Part shown: positions 33,753-42,572 of the stretch, in pieces
Layout: the number at the start of each line of letters is the position of its first letter
How positions within the stretch are numbered: position 1 is the first letter of the stretch
Assembly: GCA_016937865.1 (NCBI GenBank)
Contig: JAFGVS010000001.1
Coordinates: 1 to 47,558 of the forward strand
DNA length: 47,558 nucleotides
Reading direction: 5' to 3'
Origin: Alphaproteobacteria bacterium
Lineage (GTDB): Bacteria > Pseudomonadota > Alphaproteobacteria > Rs-D84 > NBLK01
The notes under the pieces: generated by a model
What the model saw: the letters and a program-made list of their open reading frames with translations, nothing else
Told to the model about the DNA's origin: nothing
The model's database searches: none
Made by a program: the position numbers and the translations under genes

Positions 33753-36700
33753 ATGAAACAGGATCTAATCGTCAAAGCCACGGAAACGCAACAACAAGCC
33801 ACCCATCCACATCAATCATTTTGGGTGTCTGCATCCGCTGGAACCGGGAAAACAAAAGTGCTGGTGGACCGGGTCATCCGATTACTATTGGAAGGCGCAC
33901 TGCCATCTCAAATTCTATGTCTGACATTCACGAAAACCGCTGCAGGTGAAATGATTGAACGTGTGCTCGGCACCCTGAAAAGCTTTATCCATTTGGGGGA
34001 TAACGAGCTCATTGAAAAGCTAAAATCCTTTGCCATCACACCAACTGCGGAAAAACAAAACAAGGCGCGCACACTCTTCGCAAGCGTCCTGGATAACATT
34101 CACACATTAAAGATTCAAACGATTCATGCCTTTTGCCAATCAGTATTGCAAAAATTCCCCATCGAGGCAGATCTTAGTCCATCTTTTGCCATGATGGATG
34201 ACGCCACACGGCAGTTTTATATCCAACAAGCCTATGATCGAATGTTAAAAGAGGCTTTTGCGGTAAACGGCAATCAAGAGCTGCGACGTGCGTTTGAATA
34301 CACGGCTGAAAAAATGACCGCTTTTTCATTTGAAAAACAAAAAGAAAACATTTTAGGGCAATTCCAAAATTTTTCGGCACTATATCACGACCATTCTTTA
34401 GACAAGGTCCGCGCGCTCATCCAAGAAAAATTAAGCTTAACAGAAAAAGAATTATCCAAGACCGAAAATGATTTTTTCGAAGACATGCCTTTAAATGTAT
34501 TGCGTGTCAGCCAAGATGAAAAAGTCATTAAATTATTGCCCAATATTGAAAGCATTCTTCAAAAAGAAAATCCATCGTTCGACGCGTATAAAGATTTATT
34601 TTTAACCCAAAAAGGCACCGTGCGAAAAATACATGAAAAATCGCCAGAGCTCTATCGCGAAGCACAGCGGACAGAAGAGTGGGATGAGCTGTTTAAAACG
34701 CAAACCGTATTCAAAGATACATCCGCACTTCTAACCGTAGCGTACGCTTTTATAGAAGATTATGAAAAAATTAAAAAACAAGCCGGGGTGCTTGATTTTG
34801 ATGACTTGATTATGAAAACGGCACGATTGTTCGATATCAAGACAAATCTGCCATGGATCTTGTATAAAATGGATGGGGAAATCAATCATATTTTGGTGGA
34901 CGAAGCACAAGACACGGCCCCTGTCCAATGGAAAATTGTGGATGCCTTAACCGCTGAATTTTTCACCGAAGGAAAAACAAAAGATAAATTAAAAACACTT
35001 TTTGTGGTGGGGGATAAAAAACAATCAATTTATCGGTTTCAAGGTGCAGATGTAAAGAGTTTTCAATCCTCGTACGAAGCGTTTAAAGAAAAGTTAAGAG
35101 GCCAGAAATATCCACTTACAAAACTGCCCCTGTCGATCTCTTTTCGAACAACGCAAGATGTGTTGGATTTAGTTGATGCCGTCTTTGCGGGGGAGGCAAA
35201 AGGCGTTCGGGAAACAGAGGAAGTATTAAAACATAATTCCGCACGAACGCACACGGGTCGTATCGAGCTTTGGCCTGTTTTGGAAAAAGAAGAAACAGAT
35301 GCAGGGGATGAAGAATTTTTGCGCCCAACGACAGATATACTGTCCAAAAAAACGGTCGAAATGAGGCTCGCGGATAAAATAACGGACCGCATAAAAGAGC
35401 TAATAGAAAGCGCCGTTGTCCTGCCTTCCACAAACAAACCAGTTCAGCCAAAAGATATTTTAATTTTGCTACAAAAACGGCATCCTCTGGCAAAGCCATT
35501 GGCAAAATCCTTAAAGGAGAAAAATATTCCATTTGAAGGGTTGGATCGATTCCAATTAAAGGATGACTTGGCTATTCAAGATTTGCTGGCTTGTGCCAAA
35601 TTTGCGCTCTTTCCGTCCGATGATTTAAACACCGCGGCGCTTTTAAAAAGCCCGCTGTTTAAACTGTCTGAAAACGATATTTTTGACCTGTGTTATGACC
35701 GTGAAGAAAAAACCGTTTATACGCGCATCAGCGAAGTTCAAAATTTTTCAGAACAAAAAGAATTGCTCGATCTTCTGAAAAAAAATCGTCACCAAAGCCC
35801 ATTTGATTTTTTTTCTTTGATTTTGGAAAATTGTGACGGGCGGTATACGCTTCTGCAAAGCTTGGGGCAAAAGCATGCGCAATCCATTGAAGAACTTTTA
35901 AATCTAGCCTTTGATTATAGTAAGAAAAGCGACGGATCGCTCGCGGGTTTCCTGACATACATCACAACCATCAATCCGGCAATTAAGCGAGAGTTCAAAA
36001 AAGATGCGTTAAAAGGCGTCCGCTTGATGAGTGTTCATGGATCCAAAGGCTTGGAGTCACCCATTGTGATTTTGCCGGACACCACGCGGGGATCCAGAGA
36101 CAAAAAAACAATTTTTTTCAACAAAGAAAACATCCCTTTTTCAACAGCCTACAGTGAGACCCGAAATACGTTTCTAAAAGAATTGGTCGAATCTGAAAAG
36201 CAAGAACGGTTTGAAGAAGGACAACGTTTGTTGTATGTGGCTTTGACGCGCGCCAAAGACAGTCTCTTAATTTATGGTGCCGGAAAGCCCAGTGAGGAAT
36301 CTTGGTATACAGCGATTTCAAGCGGGATGGAAAAATGTGACAGCCGTAAGGAAATGCAAGGCGAAGAAGAAATCTGGGTCTATGGCACAACATTTGCAAA
36401 AGCTGGAAACAGTATTATGGAAAAACCAGAAAATAAAAATAGAACACCGCGCCCCAAAGCCCACTTACCAACAGAAAAAGAAATTGAGTGGCCAGAACCT
36501 CAAAATGAAGAGGCTAAGATTGGAACACAGATTCATGCTATTTTAGAAAAACTGACAAAAACAAATCCGGAAGACCGAAAAAGATTTATTGAAAAAGCGG
36601 TACAAAATTTGATTGAAAAAGACTTTTGGCAGGCGGCTTTGGAAAAAGTATGCCAACCGGAATTTGACTTTTTATTTGACGCAAATGTTTTAGGTGAAAA

Positions 36701-36941
36701 AGATATTATAACGCCATCTGGGCAAATTTTGCGTCCGGATCAAATTTGTTTCAAAGGGGAAGAAATTTGGATTATTGATTATAAAACAGATATTCCAAAA
36801 GAAATAGTGCCGGTAGAATACGAAAAACAGTTGATAAAATACATTTATTCTGTCAAAACTATCTTTAGGCAAAAAAAAATACGAGCCTTTATTTTGTGGG
36901 TGAAAAACGCAGAGTTGAAAGAGATTTATGATAGAAGATAA
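33753..36941 (+). CDS. addA: AddA-type double-strand-break repair helicase-nuclease (UvrD family plus C-terminal PD-(D/E)XK)
   Basis: Walker A VSASAGTGKTKVL. ILVDEAQDT. VGDKKQSIYRFQGA. LYVALTRAKDSL. C-terminal nuclease motif RPDQICF..EIWIIDYKTD. Confidence 0.85.
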   Translation: MKQDLIVKATETQQQATHPHQSFWVSASAGTGKTKVLVDRVIRLLLEGALPSQILCLTFTKTAAGEMIERVLGTLKSFIHLGDNELIEKLKSFAITPTAEKQNKARTLFASVLDNIHTLKIQTIHAFCQSVLQKFPIEADLSPSFAMMDDATRQFYIQQAYDRMLKEAFAVNGNQELRRAFEYTAEKMTAFSFEKQKENILGQFQNFSALYHDHSLDKVRALIQEKLSLTEKELSKTENDFFEDMPLNVLRVSQDEKVIKLLPNIESILQKENPSFDAYKDLFLTQKGTVRKIHEKSPELYREAQRTEEWDELFKTQTVFKDTSALLTVAYAFIEDYEKIKKQAGVLDFDDLIMKTARLFDIKTNLPWILYKMDGEINHILVDEAQDTAPVQWKIVDALTAEFFTEGKTKDKLKTLFVVGDKKQSIYRFQGADVKSFQSSYEAFKEKLRGQKYPLTKLPLSISFRTTQDVLDLVDAVFAGEAKGVRETEEVLKHNSARTHTGRIELWPVLEKEETDAGDEEFLRPTTDILSKKTVEMRLADKITDRIKELIESAVVLPSTNKPVQPKDILILLQKRHPLAKPLAKSLKEKNIPFEGLDRFQLKDDLAIQDLLACAKFALFPSDDLNTAALLKSPLFKLSENDIFDLCYDREEKTVYTRISEVQNFSEQKELLDLLKKNRHQSPFDFFSLILENCDGRYTLLQSLGQKHAQSIEELLNLAFDYSKKSDGSLAGFLTYITTINPAIKREFKKDALKGVRLMSVHGSKGLESPIVILPDTTRGSRDKKTIFFNKENIPFSTAYSETRNTFLKELVESEKQERFEEGQRLLYVALTRAKDSLLIYGAGKPSEESWYTAISSGMEKCDSRKEMQGEEEIWVYGTTFAKAGNSIMEKPENKNRTPRPKAHLPTEKEIEWPEPQNEEAKIGTQIHAILEKLTKTNPEDRKRFIEKAVQNLIEKDFWQAALEKVCQPEFDFLFDANVLGEKDIITPSGQILRPDQICFKGEEIWIIDYKTDIPKEIVPVEYEKQLIKYIYSVKTIFRQKKIRAFILWVKNAELKEIYDRR

Positions 36942-39081
36942 GTCCGCACTTGTTCCTGTTGAAAAACTAATTGAGAACATCAAAAAATATATGCCATCTT
37001 TTGATGAGGTTCTTTTACGCACGGCATATGACTATGCCAAAGAACAACATGCGACTCAAATGCGCCACAGTGGCGAACCTTATTTCTCTCATCCAATTGC
37101 CGTTGCTGAAATTTTAATTGAACAACGCCTTGATTTAGACACAATTATCACAGGGTTGTTACATGATGTCTTAGAAGACACGCCTGTTTCAGAAGAAGAG
37201 ATGGAGGCGGTCTTTGGAAAATCAATTATTTTCCTGGTCAAAGGCGTCACAAAACTTGCGAAGATCAAACTAAGATCAGATAAAGTTCACGAGGCGGAAA
37301 ACTTTCGAAAGTTTATTATTGCAGCAGCAACAGACTTACGGGTGCTTGTGGTTAAATTAGCGGATCGTTTGCATAATATGCGTACACTTGGATTCCATCC
37401 CGTTGCAAAAAAACGACACCGTAAATCAATTGAAGTGATGGAAGTATACGCACCTCTAGCCGAGCGTATCGGGATGAACCGGATGAAGGACGAGCTAGAG
37501 TTACTGGCTTTTGAACACATTGAACCCGACGCCTATATGCGAATCCAAAATCAATTATCGAATATTCGTCGGGAAGGAAAAGACCTGCTGGCGCCAATCA
37601 TCCAGGAATTGGAAGACCTTATTTCACAACATGGGGTCAATGCGGTTGTTCAAGGGCGGGAAAAAACAGCACCATCTATATGGCTTAAAATGCAAAGAAA
37701 AGGCCTCTCCTTCGATCGTATTTTTGATATCATTGCGTTCCGCTATATTACAAAAGATGTTACAAATTGTTATCGTATTTTGGGATTGATCCATGGAAAA
37801 TATGCGATGGTTCCGGGGCGTTTTAAAGATTACATCTCTACCCCAAAACCAAATGGTTATCAGTCTATTCATACGACCGTTGTTGGTCCGAAAAACATAC
37901 AAATTGAAATTCAAATCCGAACACAAGACATGCATGATGTGGCGGAATTTGGCGTGGCCGCACATTGGGCGTATAAATCAAGTTCAAAAATGGATGAAAA
38001 ACCAAAACTCTGGCTCAGCAGCTTAGTTGAATCAATCCAAAGTACCGAAGACATTGACGAGCTCTTGGAACATACAAAATTAGCAGGTTTCAACGATGCT
38101 GTTTTTTGTTTCTCGCCAGGCGGAGACCTAATCGATTTGCCTTATGGCGCAACGGCTTTGGATTTCGCATATGCGATTCATTCAGACATTGGAAACACAT
38201 GTATTGGGGCGAAAGTAAATCGTAAAATCGTCAGCATTTCAACACAGCTCAAGACAGGAGATCAAGTCGAAGTCCTAACATCAAAAACACAAGAGCCAAG
38301 TCAAGAATGGCTGTCTTACGTGCGAACCAGTAAGGCTAAAACCTATATCCGTCGATATTTAAGACAACAAAAATATGAAGACATGGTGGTCTTGGGGCGT
38401 CAAATTTTAAAGTTAGCCTTCGAACAGGTAAATTTAAAATTCAAAGAAAAAGACCTCATTAAAGTTTTGCCGGTGATCAGTGAAGAAACATTGGAAGATG
38501 TCTATTCACAAGTTGGTGAAGGATTACGCACCGCAGAATCCATTCTATTTCTAATTCATCCAGAGGCCAACAAAGCAGACCGAAAAAAACCAATTATTGA
38601 ACTAGATAGTTTAGACGGGAAAGAAAAAAAACAAAGACCGGTTTCTGGGACATTCTTTTCAGGGATCGCCGTCAAATTTGCAGGCTGTTGTCACCCTTTA
38701 CCAGGCGATGCAGTCGTTGGGGTAATCCATACGGGGGCCGGAATTACGGTCCACAAAATCGGATGTCGTGAAGCAAAAAAATGGGAAAGAGACCACTCGC
38801 ATAAAATGATTGAAATTCGATGGGATGCCTTGATGAAAGAAACCGACATTTTCTTTGGGCAAATCAAAGTAATGTCTGACTATAAGCAAGGCTCTTTGAA
38901 TACGATTACACAAACTTTGGCCACACAAAAAATGCGACTACATGATATTCATGTGTTATCTCGTTCTTCAAATTTTATTGAGTTTTTAATTGATGTTGAA
39001 GTAAAAGATAGACATGACCTTCAAAACTTAATTAACATACTTCGAACCATGGACGATGTCGTCAGTGTCGAACGTGTCTAA
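36928..39081 (+). CDS. spoT: Bifunctional (p)ppGpp synthetase/hydrolase (long RSH)
   Basis: HD hydrolase (RHSGEPYFSHP...LLHDVLEDT). Synthetase core (GREKTAPSIWLKM, GYQSIHTTV, EIQIRTQDMHDVAEFGVAAHWAYK). TGS (VFCFSPGGDLIDLPYGATALDFAY). C-terminal ACT-like domain. Overlaps the addA 3' end by 14 nt. Confidence 0.93.
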   Translation: MIEDKSALVPVEKLIENIKKYMPSFDEVLLRTAYDYAKEQHATQMRHSGEPYFSHPIAVAEILIEQRLDLDTIITGLLHDVLEDTPVSEEEMEAVFGKSIIFLVKGVTKLAKIKLRSDKVHEAENFRKFIIAAATDLRVLVVKLADRLHNMRTLGFHPVAKKRHRKSIEVMEVYAPLAERIGMNRMKDELELLAFEHIEPDAYMRIQNQLSNIRREGKDLLAPIIQELEDLISQHGVNAVVQGREKTAPSIWLKMQRKGLSFDRIFDIIAFRYITKDVTNCYRILGLIHGKYAMVPGRFKDYISTPKPNGYQSIHTTVVGPKNIQIEIQIRTQDMHDVAEFGVAAHWAYKSSSKMDEKPKLWLSSLVESIQSTEDIDELLEHTKLAGFNDAVFCFSPGGDLIDLPYGATALDFAYAIHSDIGNTCIGAKVNRKIVSISTQLKTGDQVEVLTSKTQEPSQEWLSYVRTSKAKTYIRRYLRQQKYEDMVVLGRQILKLAFEQVNLKFKEKDLIKVLPVISEETLEDVYSQVGEGLRTAESILFLIHPEANKADRKKPIIELDSLDGKEKKQRPVSGTFFSGIAVKFAGCCHPLPGDAVVGVIHTGAGITVHKIGCREAKKWERDHSHKMIEIRWDALMKETDIFFGQIKVMSDYKQGSLNTITQTLATQKMRLHDIHVLSRSSNFIEFLIDVEVKDRHDLQNLINILRTMDDVVSVERV

Positions 39082-39085
39082 GTTT

Positions 39086-39637
39086 TTAGCTAAGTGAGCC
39101 AAGATTACAATCTGTGATCAATGTAGGCGTTTGATCCACAAGCTTTTCAAGTAACGGCACTAAGGAATCCAGCTGTTCTTTTGAAAATTTTTGCAAAACA
39201 TAATCACTGACATCTCCAAATTCCGGACGTCCAACACCAATGCGCAGCCGCCAGTAATCTTTACCAATCGCACGGGTAATATCTTTCAGGCCGTTATGGC
39301 CAGCGTCGCCACCGCCACATTTGATCTTAACTTCAGAAAATTTCAAATCAATATCATCATGAACAACAAAAAGTTCTTCGGGTTTGATTTTAAAAAATTG
39401 CATTGCGGGTTGGACAGATTGACCCGACAAGTTCATAAAGGTGTGTGGCTTTAAAAGAATAACAGGATCAGAATCAATGGTGACTTTTGAAAATTCGCCT
39501 TTGAATTTTTCTTTAAATCCGTCGAAATTAAAGGTATGCGCCAACGCATCGACAAACAAGAATCCAACGTTATGGCGGGTCAGCGCGTACTTCGCCCCGA
39601 CGTTTCCCAGACCAATAATCATTTTTATTTTTGGCAT
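39086..39637 (-). CDS. pth: Peptidyl-tRNA hydrolase
   Basis: IIGLGNVGAKYALTRHNVGF and GGGDAGHNGLKDI. Confidence 0.95.
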   Translation of the reverse strand: MPKIKMIIGLGNVGAKYALTRHNVGFLFVDALAHTFNFDGFKEKFKGEFSKVTIDSDPVILLKPHTFMNLSGQSVQPAMQFFKIKPEELFVVHDDIDLKFSEVKIKCGGGDAGHNGLKDITRAIGKDYWRLRIGVGRPEFGDVSDYVLQKFSKEQLDSLVPLLEKLVDQTPTLITDCNLGSLS

Positions 39638-39650
39638 ATTTACCTCTATC

Positions 39651-40001
39651 TGTCATCCCGAGCGCAGCCGAGGGATCCAGTTATATTAAGTTATAGTATA
39701 AATCCTCCCAAGAAGGATTTTCATTTTCAAATAGGTTTAGTTTCTTTTGTCGTCCCCAACGTTTAAGCTGTTTCTCTCTTAAGATCGCCGATTCAATATC
39801 TTCATATACCTCAAAGTAAACAAGTTGGTCAATTGAATGTTTTTTCGTAAAGCCATCAGCAAGCTTATTCTTGTGTTCCCAAACACGACGAATTAAATCA
39901 TTCGTCACCCCAACATAAAGAGTCCCGTTTTTCTGACTCGCAAGAATATAAATATAATAGTTTTTCAAATCCTGGATCCCTCGGCTCCGCTCGGGATGAC
40001 A
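39651..40001 (-). mobile_element. GIY-YIG nuclease minigene cassette bounded by 30-nt terminal inverted repeats
   Basis: The reverse complement of TGTCATCCCGAGCGCAGCCGAGGGATCCAG (39651-39680) matches 39972-40001 (CTGGATCCCTCGGCTCCGCTCGGGATGACA) at 29 of 30 positions. The 351-bp unit fills the gltX-pth spacer, 1 nt from the gltX stop and 13 nt from the pth start. Confidence 0.55.
39681..39968 (-). CDS. GIY-YIG nuclease family protein (UPF0213/YhbQ-like, about 95 aa)
   Basis: YYIYILASQKNGTLYVGVTNDLIRRVWEHK ... REKQLKRW is the canonical GIY-YIG signature. TTG start. The reading frame stays open through the upstream inverted repeat. Confidence 0.85.
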   Translation of the reverse strand: MKNYYIYILASQKNGTLYVGVTNDLIRRVWEHKNKLADGFTKKHSIDQLVYFEVYEDIESAILREKQLKRWGRQKKLNLFENENPSWEDLYYNLI

Positions 40002-40002
40002 A

Positions 40003-41457
40003 TTAAGCCTTTAATCGTTTTATACACTCTTCCATTCCTAATGCTTCCATTGATTCAGACAATGGAGGGGTAATCGTTGAAAAACAAATCTTCGCACGTA
40101 CTGGTTGCAGGAGCTTGCCTATTTTAACATTCATTTCCTCTGCAATATGCATAAAAGAAGATGTGAGAGCATCGGATTCCCATTTGAGATATGGACGATC
40201 AGAGTTTGTAGGTTTTACAAAGAAATCTGAAAAATGTTGTATAAGTAGATTTATTGACTCTTGTGGCGAAATTTTATCTTCACTATCCGTAATTGGAATA
40301 GGTTTTTCTAAGATTTTTTGTGCTTTTTCATCCAGGGGCAGAGTCACAAATAAAAACGCTCCAAGGTCGGCCATTTCGACGAGGGTTTTGACGCGGGTTT
40401 TAAGCTCTGGCATCATGGCTAACAAAGTCTTTTTTTCAGATTCCGTCAACATGCGTTCAATCTTTTTTTCAAAGAAAGGAGCCGCCAAATCCGTCAATGC
40501 TTGATCGTCTTTTTCCCGGATGTAATGCGCATTAAGAGATAACGCTTTATCCAAATCAAACCGCATGCCAGCCTTTGAAACATCTTTAAAATCGAACCAT
40601 TCGATGGCTTGTTCTTTAGAGATGATTTCATCATTGCCATGTCCCCAACCAAGGCGCAAAAGATAGTTGAACAAAGCCTCCGGCAAAAAGCCCTTTTCTT
40701 TATAATAATCGATCGTAACCGCACCATGACGTTTGGATAATTTTCCGCTTTGTCCGGCGGGGGCTAAAATCAAAGGCAGATGGGCAAACTGAGGCACGTC
40801 CCATCCCATGGCATCATAAATTAATTTTTGTTTAAAGGTATTGATCAAGTGTTCTTCGCCACGGGCAACATGCGTAATCTCCATGTCGTGATCATCCACA
40901 ACGACGGTCAAATTATAAATAGGGCTTTCGCCATCAGAGCGAATAATCACCAAATCTTCTAGATCTTTCGCGGGTATTTCAACGTCACCCCGAATAATGT
41001 CTTGAATTTTAATGACTCCCTCTTGAGGTGTTTTTAAACGAATGGCAAAAGGTTTGTCCATTGGATAAGTGGATGGATCCGCATCCCGCCAAGGGCTTTG
41101 AAACTTGAAGGATTTCGATTCGGCTTTTTCTCGCGCCGCATCAATTTCTTCCTTGGTCGAAAAGCATTTATACGCCGCCCCTTTTTCCAATAGCTGATTC
41201 GCAACTTCTAAATGACGTTTACGCAATGCGTATTGAGATGGAACCAACTCATCCCATTCAACGCCAATCCAAGTCAAATCTTTTTTAAATTCCTCGATGG
41301 CCGCTGGGAAATAACGGTCGCGATCGGTATCTTCGATCCGCAACGCAAAAACACCGCCGTGCTTTTTCGCATAGAGGTAATTCCAAATCGCACCGCGGGC
41401 AGTCCCCACATGCGCAGATCCGGTCGGGGAAGGGGCAATACGTGTTTTTACAATCAT
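40003..41457 (-). CDS. gltX: Glutamate--tRNA ligase
   Basis: RIAPSPTGSAHVGTAR (HIGH-type) and KLSKRHG (KMSKS-type). Confidence 0.95.
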   Translation of the reverse strand: MIVKTRIAPSPTGSAHVGTARGAIWNYLYAKKHGGVFALRIEDTDRDRYFPAAIEEFKKDLTWIGVEWDELVPSQYALRKRHLEVANQLLEKGAAYKCFSTKEEIDAAREKAESKSFKFQSPWRDADPSTYPMDKPFAIRLKTPQEGVIKIQDIIRGDVEIPAKDLEDLVIIRSDGESPIYNLTVVVDDHDMEITHVARGEEHLINTFKQKLIYDAMGWDVPQFAHLPLILAPAGQSGKLSKRHGAVTIDYYKEKGFLPEALFNYLLRLGWGHGNDEIISKEQAIEWFDFKDVSKAGMRFDLDKALSLNAHYIREKDDQALTDLAAPFFEKKIERMLTESEKKTLLAMMPELKTRVKTLVEMADLGAFLFVTLPLDEKAQKILEKPIPITDSEDKISPQESINLLIQHFSDFFVKPTNSDRPYLKWESDALTSSFMHIAEEMNVKIGKLLQPVRAKICFSTITPPLSESMEALGMEECIKRLKA

Positions 41458-41471
41458 TATTTTTCTTTCTT

Positions 41472-41723
41472 TTATTTTCTAAGGTTAAGCCAGAGTTTTT
41501 TCACAACGGGAATCGTTAACGTCGACAGAAGATAACCGCCTGTTGGAATAAGGGCATTCAAATAAAAATTTTCAACAGAAATAGAAGCCATAAAAACACA
41601 GGCTAGTCCATAAGTAATTAAAGCAATCAAGACACGGCGGGTGTAACTGCCTTCCCAAGCTTTATCCGATTCAACTTTTTGATTCCGTTCTTGAAGTTTT
41701 TTTATTTCTTTTTCAAAATTCAT
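41472..41723 (-). CDS. Conserved-looking small membrane protein (2 TM), function unknown
   Basis: 83 aa with an N-terminal charged helix (EKEIKKLQERNQKVESDKAWEGSYTRR) followed by two hydrophobic spans. Its ATG overlaps the stop of the 54-aa ORF upstream (ATGA). Confidence 0.55.
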   Translation of the reverse strand: MNFEKEIKKLQERNQKVESDKAWEGSYTRRVLIALITYGLACVFMASISVENFYLNALIPTGGYLLSTLTIPVVKKLWLNLRK

Positions 41724-41884
41724 CGCTTTCCCTTATGTTTTTTGTCATCACAATCGCAAATTTTCTCTTTAAGCTTTTGTGAGCTTTTCATTTTAAAATA
41801 AGCATACTCTAAAATTAAACCCGCACAGGCATAGCCGACGGCAAGCTCAATAATTTTAGCAATATCAATTTCAGTAAAAACCAT
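41720..41884 (-). CDS. Unannotated 54-aa ORF (one hydrophobic span, Lys/Cys/Asp-rich tail)
   Basis: Too short for the supplied ORF track. ATG at 41884 preceded by AAAGGAAAAATAAA. Encodes MVFTEIDIAKIIELAVGYACAGLILEYAYFKMKSSQKLKEKICDCDDKKHKGKR. Its TGA overlaps the next ATG. Confidence 0.4.
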   Translation of the reverse strand: MVFTEIDIAKIIELAVGYACAGLILEYAYFKMKSSQKLKEKICDCDDKKHKGKR

Positions 41885-41959
41885 TTTATTTTTCCTTTGT
41901 TTAACTACGATCTACCCCGCACAGCGCCAATAGAATTAATTTCCAACAGAATACGGTTC

Positions 41960-42448
41960 TTATTTTTTCCCTACAACAACCATCGCTTCACGGATAATTC
42001 TATCGTGCAACTTATAACCCGCTTGCTTTATTTCTAGAACGTTATTCGGTTCACCTTCTTTGAAATCAATGGCTTTATGTTGCGTTGGATCCAAAGGGAC
42101 ATTTATTTGGTTAATTTGTGTGATGCCATTATTGGCGACGGCTTTTAATAAATCTTGATAAATAAAATCAATGCCGATCAATAAATTTTTCATATCTTGC
42201 GTTGCGGCGTCACGATCAATAGAGTTCATAGCGCGTTCAAAATTATCCAAAACGGGCAATAAGTCTTTTGCAAAGTTTTCAAGCGTGATTTGAGATTTGC
42301 GCTGAACGTCCAAATGGGCGCGATGTTTCACGTTTTGTACTTCCGCCATGGCGCGCAAATAATTGTCATTGGCTTCCGCCAATTGTGTTTGCAAATCCGC
42401 AAGAGGATCTTTTTTTTCAATATCTGGTTTTTGATCTTTTTTAGACAT
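41960..42448 (-). CDS. grpE: Nucleotide exchange factor GrpE
   Basis: YLRAMAEVQNVKHR, LLPVLDNFERA and the C-terminal GYKLHDRIIREAMVVV. Confidence 0.93.
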   Translation of the reverse strand: MSKKDQKPDIEKKDPLADLQTQLAEANDNYLRAMAEVQNVKHRAHLDVQRKSQITLENFAKDLLPVLDNFERAMNSIDRDAATQDMKNLLIGIDFIYQDLLKAVANNGITQINQINVPLDPTQHKAIDFKEGEPNNVLEIKQAGYKLHDRIIREAMVVVGKK

Positions 42449-42475
42449 AAGATTTCCTTTTTGTTTTTACCAGCA

Positions 42476-42506
42476 CAAGATAGCGTAGAGAAGAAGAATT
42501 TTCAAG
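42476..42506 (-). promoter_or_regulatory. Sigma32-type heat-shock promoter candidate for grpE
   Basis: Minus strand reads CTTGAAA (42500-42506), N14, then CGCTATCT. Compare the E. coli sigma32 consensus CTTGAAA-N13-15-CCCCATnT. It lies about 28 nt upstream of the grpE ATG. Confidence 0.4.
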
Positions 42507-42572
42507 TTTTTGTTGAAAGAGCATAGTAAAATAGTGTATTCTTATAAAGGATGATAAAAGAAAGAGAAAAAG

